Position numbers and translations under genes: made by a program | Origin: an uncultured Spirochaetota bacterium | Lineage (GTDB): Bacteria > Spirochaetota > Spirochaetia > SZUA-6 > CAVTHK01 | Length of the DNA stretch: 64,000 bases | Direction: 5' to 3' | NCBI GenBank assembly: GCA_963734495.1 | Contig: CAVTHK010000005.1 | Span: 64,001-128,000 of the forward strand | Part shown: positions 48,522-57,740 of the stretch, one piece after another | Layout: each line of letters begins with the position of its first letter | Numbering within the stretch: the first letter of the stretch is position 1 | Notes under the pieces: generated by a model | What the model was told of the DNA's origin: nothing | Seen by the model: only the letters and a program-made list of their open reading frames with translations | The model's database searches: none

Positions 48522-50025
48522 GCCCCGTTCGACGCCGGGGCGTTCCGGGCCGCCCTGCGATGCCGCAGCTCCGTGAGCAGCAGCTCAGCGAGCACGAGCA
48601 GGGCGACGAGGGCCTGCGGCACGAACGTCTCCCAGCTCGAGTACATCCCCAGCGGCGGAAGCGCGGGCAGGTCGCGCCTCGCGTGGACCGAAACGAAGCC
48701 GGCCATCTGCAGCGCGTGTATGCTCTGGCCCAGGATCTTGAAGGCGAGATAGTAAATGAGAAGGGTGGCGCCCAGGAACAGCTGCCGCAGCGGGAGGCGG
48801 ACACTGTAGCGCAAGAGGACGTAGCCCAGCCCCGCCAGCGGAAGGAGAGCTCCCAGGATTCCGAGCGCCATCTGCCCCGGGGCGATCGAAGGCGCGATCC
48901 CGATGTAGAAGACGACGGTCTCGGCTCCCTCGCGGGCGATCGCGAGGAACGCGATGGACGCGAGCGACCAGGTGCCGCCCGCGGCGAGAGCCCCGCCCGC
49001 CTTCTCCTTGATAAAGGCGTTCCACGCCTGGATGCTCGACTTGCCGTGCAGCCATGCTCCCACGGTGAGCATGAGGATCACCGCTGCCAGGCCGACCAGG
49101 CCCTCGATGGCCTCGCGCGCCGAGCCCGCGGCCGCGAGGGCCGTCGCCAGGCTCAGGGCGATTCCGAGCGCGGCGCTCGCGGCCACTCCCGCCCCGGCGC
49201 CCGCCCACACCCACGACTGCTTGTCGGCGTGCCCGGTCCTGCGCAGGAGGACGAGCAGCGACGCGATGGCGAGCATGGCCTCGAGCCCTTCGCGCAGCAG
49301 GATGAGCGCGGCGTCCCAGGCCGTGTAGCGCGCCTCCTCGGTGAGCGGCTCGAGCAGGCCGACGATACGCGCCGAGAGGTCCGCGGCGCGACGCGCGTCG
49401 GGAGCCGGGGAAAGCAGGACGGATGAGATCCCACCCAGAGCGTCTTCGATCTCCTCGTATGCCCGCGGCGAGCGAGCCTTGACCTCGCCTTCGGCCGCGG
49501 TCCACGCGCTCTCGAGCCGGCGCAGGATTGCCGCGCCCCCCGCGAGATCTCCCGCCTCGAAGGAACGTTGCGCGTCCCCGGCAACCTCGAGGAGGCCGGG
49601 CAGAGAGACGCGCTCGGCCTCCCTCGCCGGCGCTCCCTTCGGGGAGCTTTCGAACGCCAAGGCGAGGTCGGCGAGCGATCGGCGAGCCCGCTCCGCGTCG
49701 GGCGGCTCCGCCTGCAGCGCGGCCCGGGCGGCCGCGACCCCGTCTTCGATCTTCTCGTAGGCCTGCGGGTTCACCGCGCGAACCGAGTCCTCGATCGAAG
49801 GCCAGGCTGCGGCAAAGGACTGCAGCTCCTCACGGGCCGCCGCCCACCGGGCGCCCGAAGCCGCGTCGAGCGCGCGCTCGAGGGACGCGCCCGCCTGCGG
49901 CGGCGGGCCGGCCGGGCGCGCGCAGCCGTCGAACAGCAGGGCGCACAGCAGCGCGCAGGCCGCGGCACCGCATCGGGTGCCGGCGAATGCCGCCAGGAAA
50001 GCGGCAGGTGTCGCGTGCTCGTCAC
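48518..50025 (-). CDS. FTR1/EfeU family iron permease with N-terminal soluble helical domain; probable frameshift near start
   Basis: LREGLEA and AREGAETVVFY (two RExxE motifs). RBS ggagga precedes GTG 50025, which is out of frame with the main ORF. Confidence 0.85.
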
Positions 50026-50162
50026 AGGACGTGCTCCTCCCGGCAAAAACGGAACATCCTGCCGGGGCGCGCGCGGCCGGCAGACCGATCAGCGGCCGGC
50101 CGCGACCCGGGGACGCGCCGCCGGGGGGCGCGGCCACCGGGCGCCGCCCAGCATGGACCGAG

Positions 50163-50214
50163 CTAAGATGACTTATTCAGTAATCTTTTGTCAAGAAGTT
50201 AGGCCGGCGTAACT
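50163..50214. promoter_or_regulatory. Promoter with candidate DtxR-family boxes
   Basis: Minus-strand TTGACA (50189-50194) flanked by palindromes taag-atga-ctta (50164-50175) and agtta-ggccggcg-taact (50197-50214). Confidence 0.6.
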
Positions 50215-50228
50215 CTTTTCGGTCGCCC

Positions 50229-50600
50229 TTAGTCCGGCGTCCGCCTGCCGGTCGATCCGGGGCGCCGCCTCTGCGCACCATCAGCACGCCGCGCGGGCTT
50301 CCACTGGAAGCGCTCGAGGTCGACCTTCTCGTCGCGGAACGCGACACGCTCGGCTTCGAGCAGGGCGCGCTGCAGCTCGTACCCTCCTCCCTGCGGCAGG
50401 GAGACGCGGCCCGACGCGCCGATCACCCTGTGCCACGGCAGCTGCCGCTTCCGCGACGAGGAGTGCAGCAGCCAGGCCACGCGCCTGGCCGCGCCGGGGG
50501 CGCCGGCCAGCGTCGCGATCTGACCGTAGGTGGCGACCCGCCCGCGAGGGATCGCGCGGATCGCCTCGACGATCCGCCCGCTCAGCTCCTCCAGGTGTCC
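50229..50600 (-). CDS. Alkyltransferase-like protein (Atl/YbaZ type); start uncertain
   Basis: IPRGRVATYGQIA, AARRVA, LPWHRVI (Trp in place of the MGMT Cys), QRALLEAE. Confidence 0.8.
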   Translation of the reverse strand, partial: GHLEELSGRIVEAIRAIPRGRVATYGQIATLAGAPGAARRVAWLLHSSSRKRQLPWHRVIGASGRVSLPQGGGYELQRALLEAERVAFRDEKVDLERFQWKPARRADGAQRRRPGSTGRRTPD

Positions 50601-50620
50601 CGACGGTCCGGGCGGCCGCC

Positions 50621-53026
50621 CTAGAACAGCCACAGCTGCCTCGCCCCGTCGAAGAGGTGCTCGATGTCGGTCCCGAAGGCCTCCACGAAGATCGAGGCGA
50701 TCGGCTTGAGCTGCCGCTCGATGTAGTGCTCGTAGTCCAGGGCCCCCGTGCGGCGGTCCGCGGGCTCGGGCCCCTTGGCCGTCATGACGTAGCTCACAAA
50801 AGCGCCCGGCTCCTCGTCGCCCATCTGCGCCGCGGCCCTCACGTGGGGCGGCACCGCGGAGGTGTAGGAGGCGACGGGCTTGCGCAGCCTCTTCCGGTAG
50901 ACGAGCTCGTCGTCGAGCTCGCCCGCCCGCATCTTCTTGACGATCCCGGCGACGAGCTCGCGCGCCTCCTCCGCGCCCCGGCCCTGGAACAGCAGGTCGA
51001 GCAGCGTGACCTGGAACCGCCTCGCGAGCGGGGTCCAGTCGGTGCGGGCCGCTTCCATTCCCTTGACCTCGACCCGACCCTCGTCGCTCCCCGAACCGAT
51101 GCGGCCCGCGTAGCCTTTGGCGCGGCCGCGGGCCGTGGGGCCGCCGCGCACCCGCGGGAGGAAGAAGTGGCTGTAGAACCTGTCGAGCTCGAGCTCGAGA
51201 CGCGAATCGACGGCGTAGCGCATGCGGCAGTAGCGGCCGAGCTCCGTGTTGACCAGGCGCAGCACCTCGTCGGCGGACAGGCTCGCCCGCTCCGAGGTCA
51301 CGAACAGCGAATCGGTATCGCCGTAGAGGACGCGCAGCCCGTGGCGCTGCAGGAGGTCGCGGCACCAGCCGAGGAGGTGCTGGCCGAGGCTCGTGACCGC
51401 TCCCGCCAGGGGCGCCCCCGCGAAGCGGCAGCCGCTCGCGCCGAGCACTCCGTAAAAGGAGTTCATGAGGATCTTGTAGACGTAGGACGCGATCTCGTCT
51501 CCGCGCTTCTGCGCCGCGGCCCGGCTGGCGAAGAACCGATCGAGCAGCTCGGGCAGGACCCCCGGCTCCCTGCGGAAGCAAGCGCCGTTCGGCGCGCAGA
51601 TCAGGCCGGGGGCGGCGGGATGGGCGCTCGCCGCCGGCGCCGCACCCGCATACGAGAGAGGATCGATATTGAAGGTGCGCATGACCGACGGGTAGAGGCT
51701 TCGGAAATCGAAGACCAGCACGTCGCGGTGCAGGCCCGGAACCGGATCGAGGATCGCGCCGCCGGGCGCGGTGCCCTCCGGCAGCGCATCGACGCCGCGC
51801 GTCGGGGCGACGCGGCCGCGGCCGTGGAGGGCCTCGATGTAGAGGTGCTCGAACGTCGAGATGCTGGTCCAGGCGCGATCGAGCGACACGCCCGTGAGCT
51901 CGCAGCGCCGCAGCGTCAGGTCGTACAGCCCGGTCCGCTCGAGGATGCGCAGGACCAGCTCCGCGTCGCGCAGGCAGTACAGGCAGAAGGCGCGCGGGTC
52001 TTCGCGCGCCGTCCGCTCGAGCGCGTCGATGCGCCGCTCGCCGGGCGCGGGCGCGAGCGATTTGCCTTCGCCGAGCACCGCCTGCGCGACCGTCTCCAGC
52101 GTGTAGTCCTCGTAGCGCTCGCCCGAGCCGCGCACGAAGCGCGCGGCGTCCCAGACCTGGCGGCCGCGGACCAGGACGCGGCCCGCAAGCGCCCGCCCCT
52201 CTGCCATCCTGAGGCGCTCCAGGTAGACGGCCGCCTCGTCCGAGCGGCCGAGGTCCACGGGAACGCCGCAGGCGCGGAAGCGCCGGATCAGGACCGCCAT
52301 GTCGAAGTCGACGACGTTCCATCCGGTGATCACGTCGGGATCCAGGGCGAGCAGCCTCTCGCGCAGGGCGGCGAGAAGCGCGCGCTCGTCAGGGAACGCG
52401 CGCACCGGCGGCTCGTCGGGGAGATCGCCCGCGAACAGCACTTCGCGCGCCGCGACCTCGCCGCCGGGGGCGCGGACCACCAGACCCGCGGCGCGGACCT
52501 GGCTCGTCCGCACGTCGGTCTCGATGTCGAGCGAGCAGACCGCCAGGCCGGGGTGCCAGTCGTCGGGAGCCGCATCGGGGTTGTGGTACACGCGAGCCAC
52601 GCGGCGGCCGGGCCGCCACGAGCCTTCGATGCGCACGGCTGCGTGGATCCGACGCTCGAGGCGCCAGGCATCCTCGGGCCTCAGGTCCGCCTCGTAGGTC
52701 CGCACGCCGGCCGCGGCCAGCCCGGCGGCGGCCCTGCTGCGCTCCGCGGTCGAGGCCCAGCTGAAGCGGTAGCACGGCTCACCGCCGAAGGTCAGGTAAG
52801 TGCTTTCGTGCCAGCGGCCGTCGCCGGCCGCGGCGATCGCCCGCTCGCGCTCGCTCCGCGGGACGAAGAAGCCGGGCCGCTCGCGGTCGTCGACCACGGC
52901 GAACGTGGCGCCGTCGCGCAGCCTGCCGATGAGGCACATCTCCGTGCGCGAAGAGCCTTCGGCCGGCGGCGCCGACCGCCTGAGGTCCCTGCAGAAGCTG
53001 TCGACGATGAAGCCGACGTCGGCCAC
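50621..53026 (-). CDS. polB: DNA polymerase II (family B)
   Basis: LDIET, GWNVVDFD, FDFRSLYPS, KILMNSFYG, YGDTDS, KGME, YIERQLKPIA. Confidence 0.93.
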   Translation of the reverse strand: MADVGFIVDSFCRDLRRSAPPAEGSSRTEMCLIGRLRDGATFAVVDDRERPGFFVPRSERERAIAAAGDGRWHESTYLTFGGEPCYRFSWASTAERSRAAAGLAAAGVRTYEADLRPEDAWRLERRIHAAVRIEGSWRPGRRVARVYHNPDAAPDDWHPGLAVCSLDIETDVRTSQVRAAGLVVRAPGGEVAAREVLFAGDLPDEPPVRAFPDERALLAALRERLLALDPDVITGWNVVDFDMAVLIRRFRACGVPVDLGRSDEAAVYLERLRMAEGRALAGRVLVRGRQVWDAARFVRGSGERYEDYTLETVAQAVLGEGKSLAPAPGERRIDALERTAREDPRAFCLYCLRDAELVLRILERTGLYDLTLRRCELTGVSLDRAWTSISTFEHLYIEALHGRGRVAPTRGVDALPEGTAPGGAILDPVPGLHRDVLVFDFRSLYPSVMRTFNIDPLSYAGAAPAASAHPAAPGLICAPNGACFRREPGVLPELLDRFFASRAAAQKRGDEIASYVYKILMNSFYGVLGASGCRFAGAPLAGAVTSLGQHLLGWCRDLLQRHGLRVLYGDTDSLFVTSERASLSADEVLRLVNTELGRYCRMRYAVDSRLELELDRFYSHFFLPRVRGGPTARGRAKGYAGRIGSGSDEGRVEVKGMEAARTDWTPLARRFQVTLLDLLFQGRGAEEARELVAGIVKKMRAGELDDELVYRKRLRKPVASYTSAVPPHVRAAAQMGDEEPGAFVSYVMTAKGPEPADRRTGALDYEHYIERQLKPIASIFVEAFGTDIEHLFDGARQLWLF

Positions 53027-53078
53027 GGCTCGAGCATAATGCGCGGGAACCCCCGCCGTCGACCGCGGCGTCGGACCT

Positions 53079-53825
53079 CTAGAACACGCCGAAGAGCTTG
53101 AGAGCGCTCGCCACGACGGCGGCCGCGATGATCCAGCGGATCGCCGCCTGCCCGCGCTTGAGCGCGAACCGCACGCCGAGCATCGCGCCCGCCACGTTGC
53201 CCGCGGCCAGGACCAGGCCGGGGACCCACCTGACTTCGCCATGCCCGATGAACACCAGCAGGGAGACCACGGCAAAGCCGAACGCGACGGCCATCTTGAG
53301 GGCGTTCGTGCGCACCAGGTCATGCCCGAGCCCCCACGTGATCGCGGCGATCAGCAGGAAGCCGACCCCGGCCTGGATGAAGCCGCCGTAGAACCCGATG
53401 GCCACGAAGATGAGGATCATGACCGCGCGCGGGACCCGCGGCGCCGCCTCTTCGCGCCGGGCCGGCTTGATAAAGAGAGTCGCCAGGATGACGAGCAGCA
53501 GCGCGCCGAGGATGGGGTCGAAAACCCGCGCGGGAATGCGGGCTGCGACGAGGGCCCCGGCCAGCGCGCCGAACAGCGAAGGCACCCCGAGCTGCGCGGC
53601 CTCGCGTATCCGCAGCTGCCGCTCGCGGTAGAAGCCCGCGGACGCCGCCAGCGACTGCAGCACGATCGCGACGCGGTTGGTTGCGTTCGCGATCGTCGAC
53701 GGGAGGCCCACGAAGATCAGGGCCGGGATCGTGAGGAGCGATCCGCCGCCCGCGAGCGTGTTGACGAACCCGGCCACGAATCCCGCGGCCAGGAGAAGCG
53801 CGAGCTGCGGAAAACTCATCGGCAT
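53079..53825 (-). CDS. TSUP (TauE/SafE) family transporter
   Basis: AGFVNTLAGGGSLLTIP, ANATNR, GFYGGFIQAGVG, NALK. Confidence 0.9.
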   Translation of the reverse strand: MPMSFPQLALLLAAGFVAGFVNTLAGGGSLLTIPALIFVGLPSTIANATNRVAIVLQSLAASAGFYRERQLRIREAAQLGVPSLFGALAGALVAARIPARVFDPILGALLLVILATLFIKPARREEAAPRVPRAVMILIFVAIGFYGGFIQAGVGFLLIAAITWGLGHDLVRTNALKMAVAFGFAVVSLLVFIGHGEVRWVPGLVLAAGNVAGAMLGVRFALKRGQAAIRWIIAAAVVASALKLFGVF

Positions 53826-53918
53826 GGTCGACCTCCTGCACCCAAACGGATGTCCCGATTCCGCGGGGCTGTCAAGCCGCCTTGACAGGCACGGGGCGCT
53901 CCGCTTTGCTGGACCCGC

Positions 53919-55724
53919 GTGAGCACCCTCTGGTTCATCTTCCGCTACGCCCGGGGCTATGTCGTGCCTCTCTTCGTCACGGTGGCGAGCATGCTGCTGC
54001 TCGTCGCCGCCGAGCTGGCGGCGCCGCTGATCGTGCGCGACATGATCGCCGCGGTCCAGGGCGGCCCGTTCGGGCCCGCCGCCGCCGCCCTGCTGGCGCG
54101 CCTCTCGCTGCTCGCGGTCGGGATCTACATCGTGCGGGGGGCGCTGCATTTTCTGCGCAGCTACATGGCGCACGTCGCGGGCTGGGGCGTCGTGGCCGAC
54201 GTGCGCGAGCACCTCTACCGCCACCTGCAGAAGCTCTCGCTCGGCTTCTACGCCGACCGGCAGACCGGGCAGCTGCTGTCGCGCGTGGTCAACGACTCCG
54301 ACCTGTTCGAGCGCCTGATCTCGCACGCGGCCCCCGACATCGCCGTGAACGTGCTCACGCTGGCCGGCGTCAGCATCGTCCTCGCGGTGCTGAACTGGCA
54401 GCTCCTGCTCCTCAGCCTGGTCCCGATCCCGCTTATCCTCCTCGCGATGCGGGTGCTCGCGCGCCGCGTGCGCCCGGCATTCCGCGAGAGACAGCGAGAG
54501 CTCGGAGATCTCAACGCGACTCTCAACGACAACATCTCGGGGATCAGGGAGATCCAGTCGTTCACGCGGGAGGACATCGAGGCACACCGCGTCCGCACGC
54601 ACATCCGCCGCTACCGTGACTCGATGCTGCGGGCGCTGCGCCTGATGGCCACGTTCCAGCCGTTCGTCGAGCTGACGTCCTCGCTGGGCATGGTGCTCCT
54701 CATCTACTTCGGGGGCAGGCTGGCCTGGCAGCACGTGCTGCCCCTCGAGGATCTGGTGGCCTTCTTCCTTTACCTCAACATCTTCTACCAGCCCGTCCGG
54801 GCGCTGGGCGGCGCCTGGGAAGCGTTCCAGGAATCGCTCGCCGGCGCGGACCGCGTGGCGGAGCTGCTGCGCGAAGAGCCCGACATAGCGCAGGCGCCGG
54901 GCGCCGTGGAGCTCGCGGCCGACGCGGCCGGCGAGATCCGTTTCCGGGGCGTCACGTTCCGCTATGCCCGCGGAGACAGCGTGCTGGAGGACATCGACCT
55001 GCACATCCCGGCCCGCAGCGTCACGGCGCTCGTCGGCCCCACGGGGGTCGGCAAGACGACGCTCGTGAGCCTGATCCCGCGGTTCTACGACCCGCAGTGC
55101 GGGTCCATCACCATCGACGGGACGGACGTCCGCGGCTTGCGCCTGCGCAGCCTCAGGCTGAGGATCAGCATCGTGAGCCAGGACGTGTTCCTCTTCCACG
55201 GCACGGTGCGCGACAACATCCTGTTCGGGAGGCCGGACGCGACCGAGGACGAGATCGAGCGGGCCGCGAGAATCGCCAACGCCGAAGAGTTCATCGTGCG
55301 CCTCGCCGACGGGTACGACACGCTGATCGGAGAGCGCGGGGTCAAGCTGTCCGGCGGCCAGAAGCAGAGGCTCGCGATCGCCCGGGCGGTGCTCAAGGAC
55401 GCGCCGATCCTGATCCTCGACGAGGCGACTTCCTCGGTGGACACCGAGACGGAGCTCCTGATCCAGGAGGCGCTCGAACGGCTGATGGCGGACCGCACGG
55501 CGATCGTCATCGCTCACCGGCTCTCCACGATCCGGCACGCGGACCAGATCGTCGTCCTCGAGGGCAGCCGGATCAGTCAGATCGGGACGCACGCGGAGCT
55601 CGTGGCGCGCGAGGGCCTCTACCGCGCCCTCAACCGGGCGAGGACGGCCGGCCGCGGCGGCCGAGCCGCGGCGGCGCGGCGGCGGCGCGCGGCGCGCGCG
55701 CCGCATGCGCGCCCGGGCGTCTGA
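53919..55724 (+). CDS. ABC exporter, fused permease/ATPase (MsbA/MdlB-like)
   Basis: TM domain, GPTGVGKTT, LSGGQKQR, ILDEATSSVD, IAHRLST. Confidence 0.92.
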   Translation: MSTLWFIFRYARGYVVPLFVTVASMLLLVAAELAAPLIVRDMIAAVQGGPFGPAAAALLARLSLLAVGIYIVRGALHFLRSYMAHVAGWGVVADVREHLYRHLQKLSLGFYADRQTGQLLSRVVNDSDLFERLISHAAPDIAVNVLTLAGVSIVLAVLNWQLLLLSLVPIPLILLAMRVLARRVRPAFRERQRELGDLNATLNDNISGIREIQSFTREDIEAHRVRTHIRRYRDSMLRALRLMATFQPFVELTSSLGMVLLIYFGGRLAWQHVLPLEDLVAFFLYLNIFYQPVRALGGAWEAFQESLAGADRVAELLREEPDIAQAPGAVELAADAAGEIRFRGVTFRYARGDSVLEDIDLHIPARSVTALVGPTGVGKTTLVSLIPRFYDPQCGSITIDGTDVRGLRLRSLRLRISIVSQDVFLFHGTVRDNILFGRPDATEDEIERAARIANAEEFIVRLADGYDTLIGERGVKLSGGQKQRLAIARAVLKDAPILILDEATSSVDTETELLIQEALERLMADRTAIVIAHRLSTIRHADQIVVLEGSRISQIGTHAELVAREGLYRALNRARTAGRGGRAAAARRRRAARAPHARPGV

Positions 55725-55732
55725 GACGCGTT

Positions 55733-56614
55733 ATGCGGTCAGGCTATCTCCTTGTGCTCGCGGCGTACGCGGTCTGGGGGCTGCTGCCGGTCTACTGGAA
55801 GCAGCTCGGCGGCGTCTCCCCGTCGGAGATCCTGATGCACCGCATCCTCTGGGCGTGCGCCCTGTTCTGGATCGCGATCGCGGTCCGGCGCGGGGGCCGG
55901 GGCGCCCTGGAGACGCTCCGCGAGCCGCGCGTGCTGCGCGCGACCGCGGCCTCGGCCGCCCTCCTCGGCGTGAACTGGCACATCTACGTGTCGGCGGTGG
56001 CGGCGGGCAGGATCGTCGAGGCGAGCCTGGGCTACTACATCACGCCGCTGGTGAGCATCGTGCTGGGCCTGCTGTTCCTGCGCGAGCGGATGACCCGGCT
56101 CCAGGCGGGGGCCGCCGCCATGGCGGCGGCAGCAGTCGTCACTCTCACGGCGGCGCACGGCAGCTTCCCGTGGATCTCGGTGAGCCTGGCCGTGACGTTC
56201 GGGCTGTACGCGCTCGCGAAGAAGACCTCGCCGCTGGACTCGGTGACGGGGCTGGCCCTGGAGTCGCTCTTCCTGCTGCCGCTCGCCGGCGGCTACGTCG
56301 TCACCCTGGCCGCCGCGGGCGGCGGAGCCTTCGGGCGCGACGCCGGCCGCACCGCGCTCCTGGTCGGCGCCGGCGTCGTGACCGCCATCCCGCTGTGGGT
56401 TTTTGCCGAGGGGGCGCAACGGATCCCGCTCAAGACCGTCGGGTTCCTGCAGTACCTGCTTCCGACGCTGATGCTGGTCGTGGGGACCGTGGTCTACGGC
56501 GAGCCATTCGACCGCACGCGGGGTCTCGCCTTTGGCATGATCTGGCTCGCCCTCGGGCTCTACAGCGCGACCCTGGTCGCGCGCCGCGCCCCCGAAGCCG
56601 TCCGCCGCGGGTAG
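55733..56614 (+). CDS. rarD: EamA family transporter RarD
   Basis: AYAVWGLLPVYWK, EILMHRILW, EASLGYYITPL, GFLQYL. Confidence 0.88.
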   Translation: MRSGYLLVLAAYAVWGLLPVYWKQLGGVSPSEILMHRILWACALFWIAIAVRRGGRGALETLREPRVLRATAASAALLGVNWHIYVSAVAAGRIVEASLGYYITPLVSIVLGLLFLRERMTRLQAGAAAMAAAAVVTLTAAHGSFPWISVSLAVTFGLYALAKKTSPLDSVTGLALESLFLLPLAGGYVVTLAAAGGGAFGRDAGRTALLVGAGVVTAIPLWVFAEGAQRIPLKTVGFLQYLLPTLMLVVGTVVYGEPFDRTRGLAFGMIWLALGLYSATLVARRAPEAVRRG

Positions 56615-56636
56615 AGAGAGCGCCGGCCGCGGCCGA

Positions 56637-57740
56637 TCAGCCGCGCGCGACCCCCGCCGCCACCTTGAGCACCTGGTCGATGTGCGCGCGCGTGATGTGA
56701 CGGTGGGTGACGAAACGCACCCCCGTCGGCGGGAGGCCCGACGCCTTGATCCCGTAGGCCGCGAGCTTCTCCAGGAACACCGCCGCTGGGATCCCGAGCC
56801 CCGAGATATCGGCGCGCACCATGTTCGTCTGCACGGTCTCGAGGTCGACGCGGTAGCCCTTGAGCCCGGCGAGCCCTTCGGCGAGCGTGCGGGCGTTGGC
56901 GTGGTCCTCCGCGAGCCGGTCGACCATCTCGTTGAGCGCGATGATGCCCGCGGCCGCGAGGACGCCCGCCTGCCTCATCCCGCCGCCGAGCCTCTTGCGC
57001 ATGCGGCGGGCCTCGGTCACGAACCCGGTCGAGCCCGCGAGCATCGAGCCCACGGGCGCGCTCAGGCCCTTGGACAGGCAGAACATGACGGAGTCGAAGA
57101 AGACGGTGATCTCGCGGACGTTGACCCCCAGCGCGACCGCGGCGTTGAAGACCCGGGCGCCGTCGAGGTGCATCACGAGCCGACGCTCGTCGGCGAGGGC
57201 GCGAAGGGCGCGCAGGCTGTCCAGGGGCACGACGGTGCCCCCGCCGCGGTTGTGGGTGTTCTCCACGCAGAGCAGGCGCGTCCGCGGGTAGTGGATGTTC
57301 GGCTCGCGCAGCAGGGGCCGCACGTCGTCGGCGCCGAAGATGCCGTTGCGCCCCTGCACGAGGCGGGGCATCAGGCCCGCGATGGCGGCGACGCTCCCGG
57401 CCTCGTAGTAGTACATGTGAGCCTCGGACTCGAGGATGACCTCCTGCCCGTGGCGGCAGTGGACCATCGCCGCGATCAGGTTGCCCATGTGCCCGCTGGG
57501 CACGAAGAGCGCGGCCCGCTTGCCCACCTTTTCCGCGGCCAGGCGCTCCAGCTCGTTGACGGTCGGGTCGGCCTCGTTCACGTCATCGCCCACGACCGCG
57601 TCGCGCATGGCGTCGCGCATGCGCGGCGTCGGCAGCGTATGCGTGTCCGAATAGAGGTCTATGCCTTCCATCTCCTGGTTCAATGGGTGCTCCTCGGGGT
57701 GCTCTTCGCGTTTCGGTCGGGCGGTGCTTCCGGCTTTCAT
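56637..57740 (-). CDS. ltaE: Low-specificity L-threonine aldolase family protein
   Basis: IDLYSDT, VGDDV, ENTHNRGGG, HLDGAR, CLSKGLSAPVGS, GGGMRQAG. Start is 57740 (ATGA overlap with uxaC) or 57671. Confidence 0.88.
   Translation of the reverse strand: MKAGSTARPKREEHPEEHPLNQEMEGIDLYSDTHTLPTPRMRDAMRDAVVGDDVNEADPTVNELERLAAEKVGKRAALFVPSGHMGNLIAAMVHCRHGQEVILESEAHMYYYEAGSVAAIAGLMPRLVQGRNGIFGADDVRPLLREPNIHYPRTRLLCVENTHNRGGGTVVPLDSLRALRALADERRLVMHLDGARVFNAAVALGVNVREITVFFDSVMFCLSKGLSAPVGSMLAGSTGFVTEARRMRKRLGGGMRQAGVLAAAGIIALNEMVDRLAEDHANARTLAEGLAGLKGYRVDLETVQTNMVRADISGLGIPAAVFLEKLAAYGIKASGLPPTGVRFVTHRHITRAHIDQVLKVAAGVARG

Noticed and set aside
53079-55706. 875-aa ORF and many other long Arg/Ala/Pro-rich ORFs across the window
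   Set aside because: Antisense or off-frame shadows of real genes, as expected at high GC.
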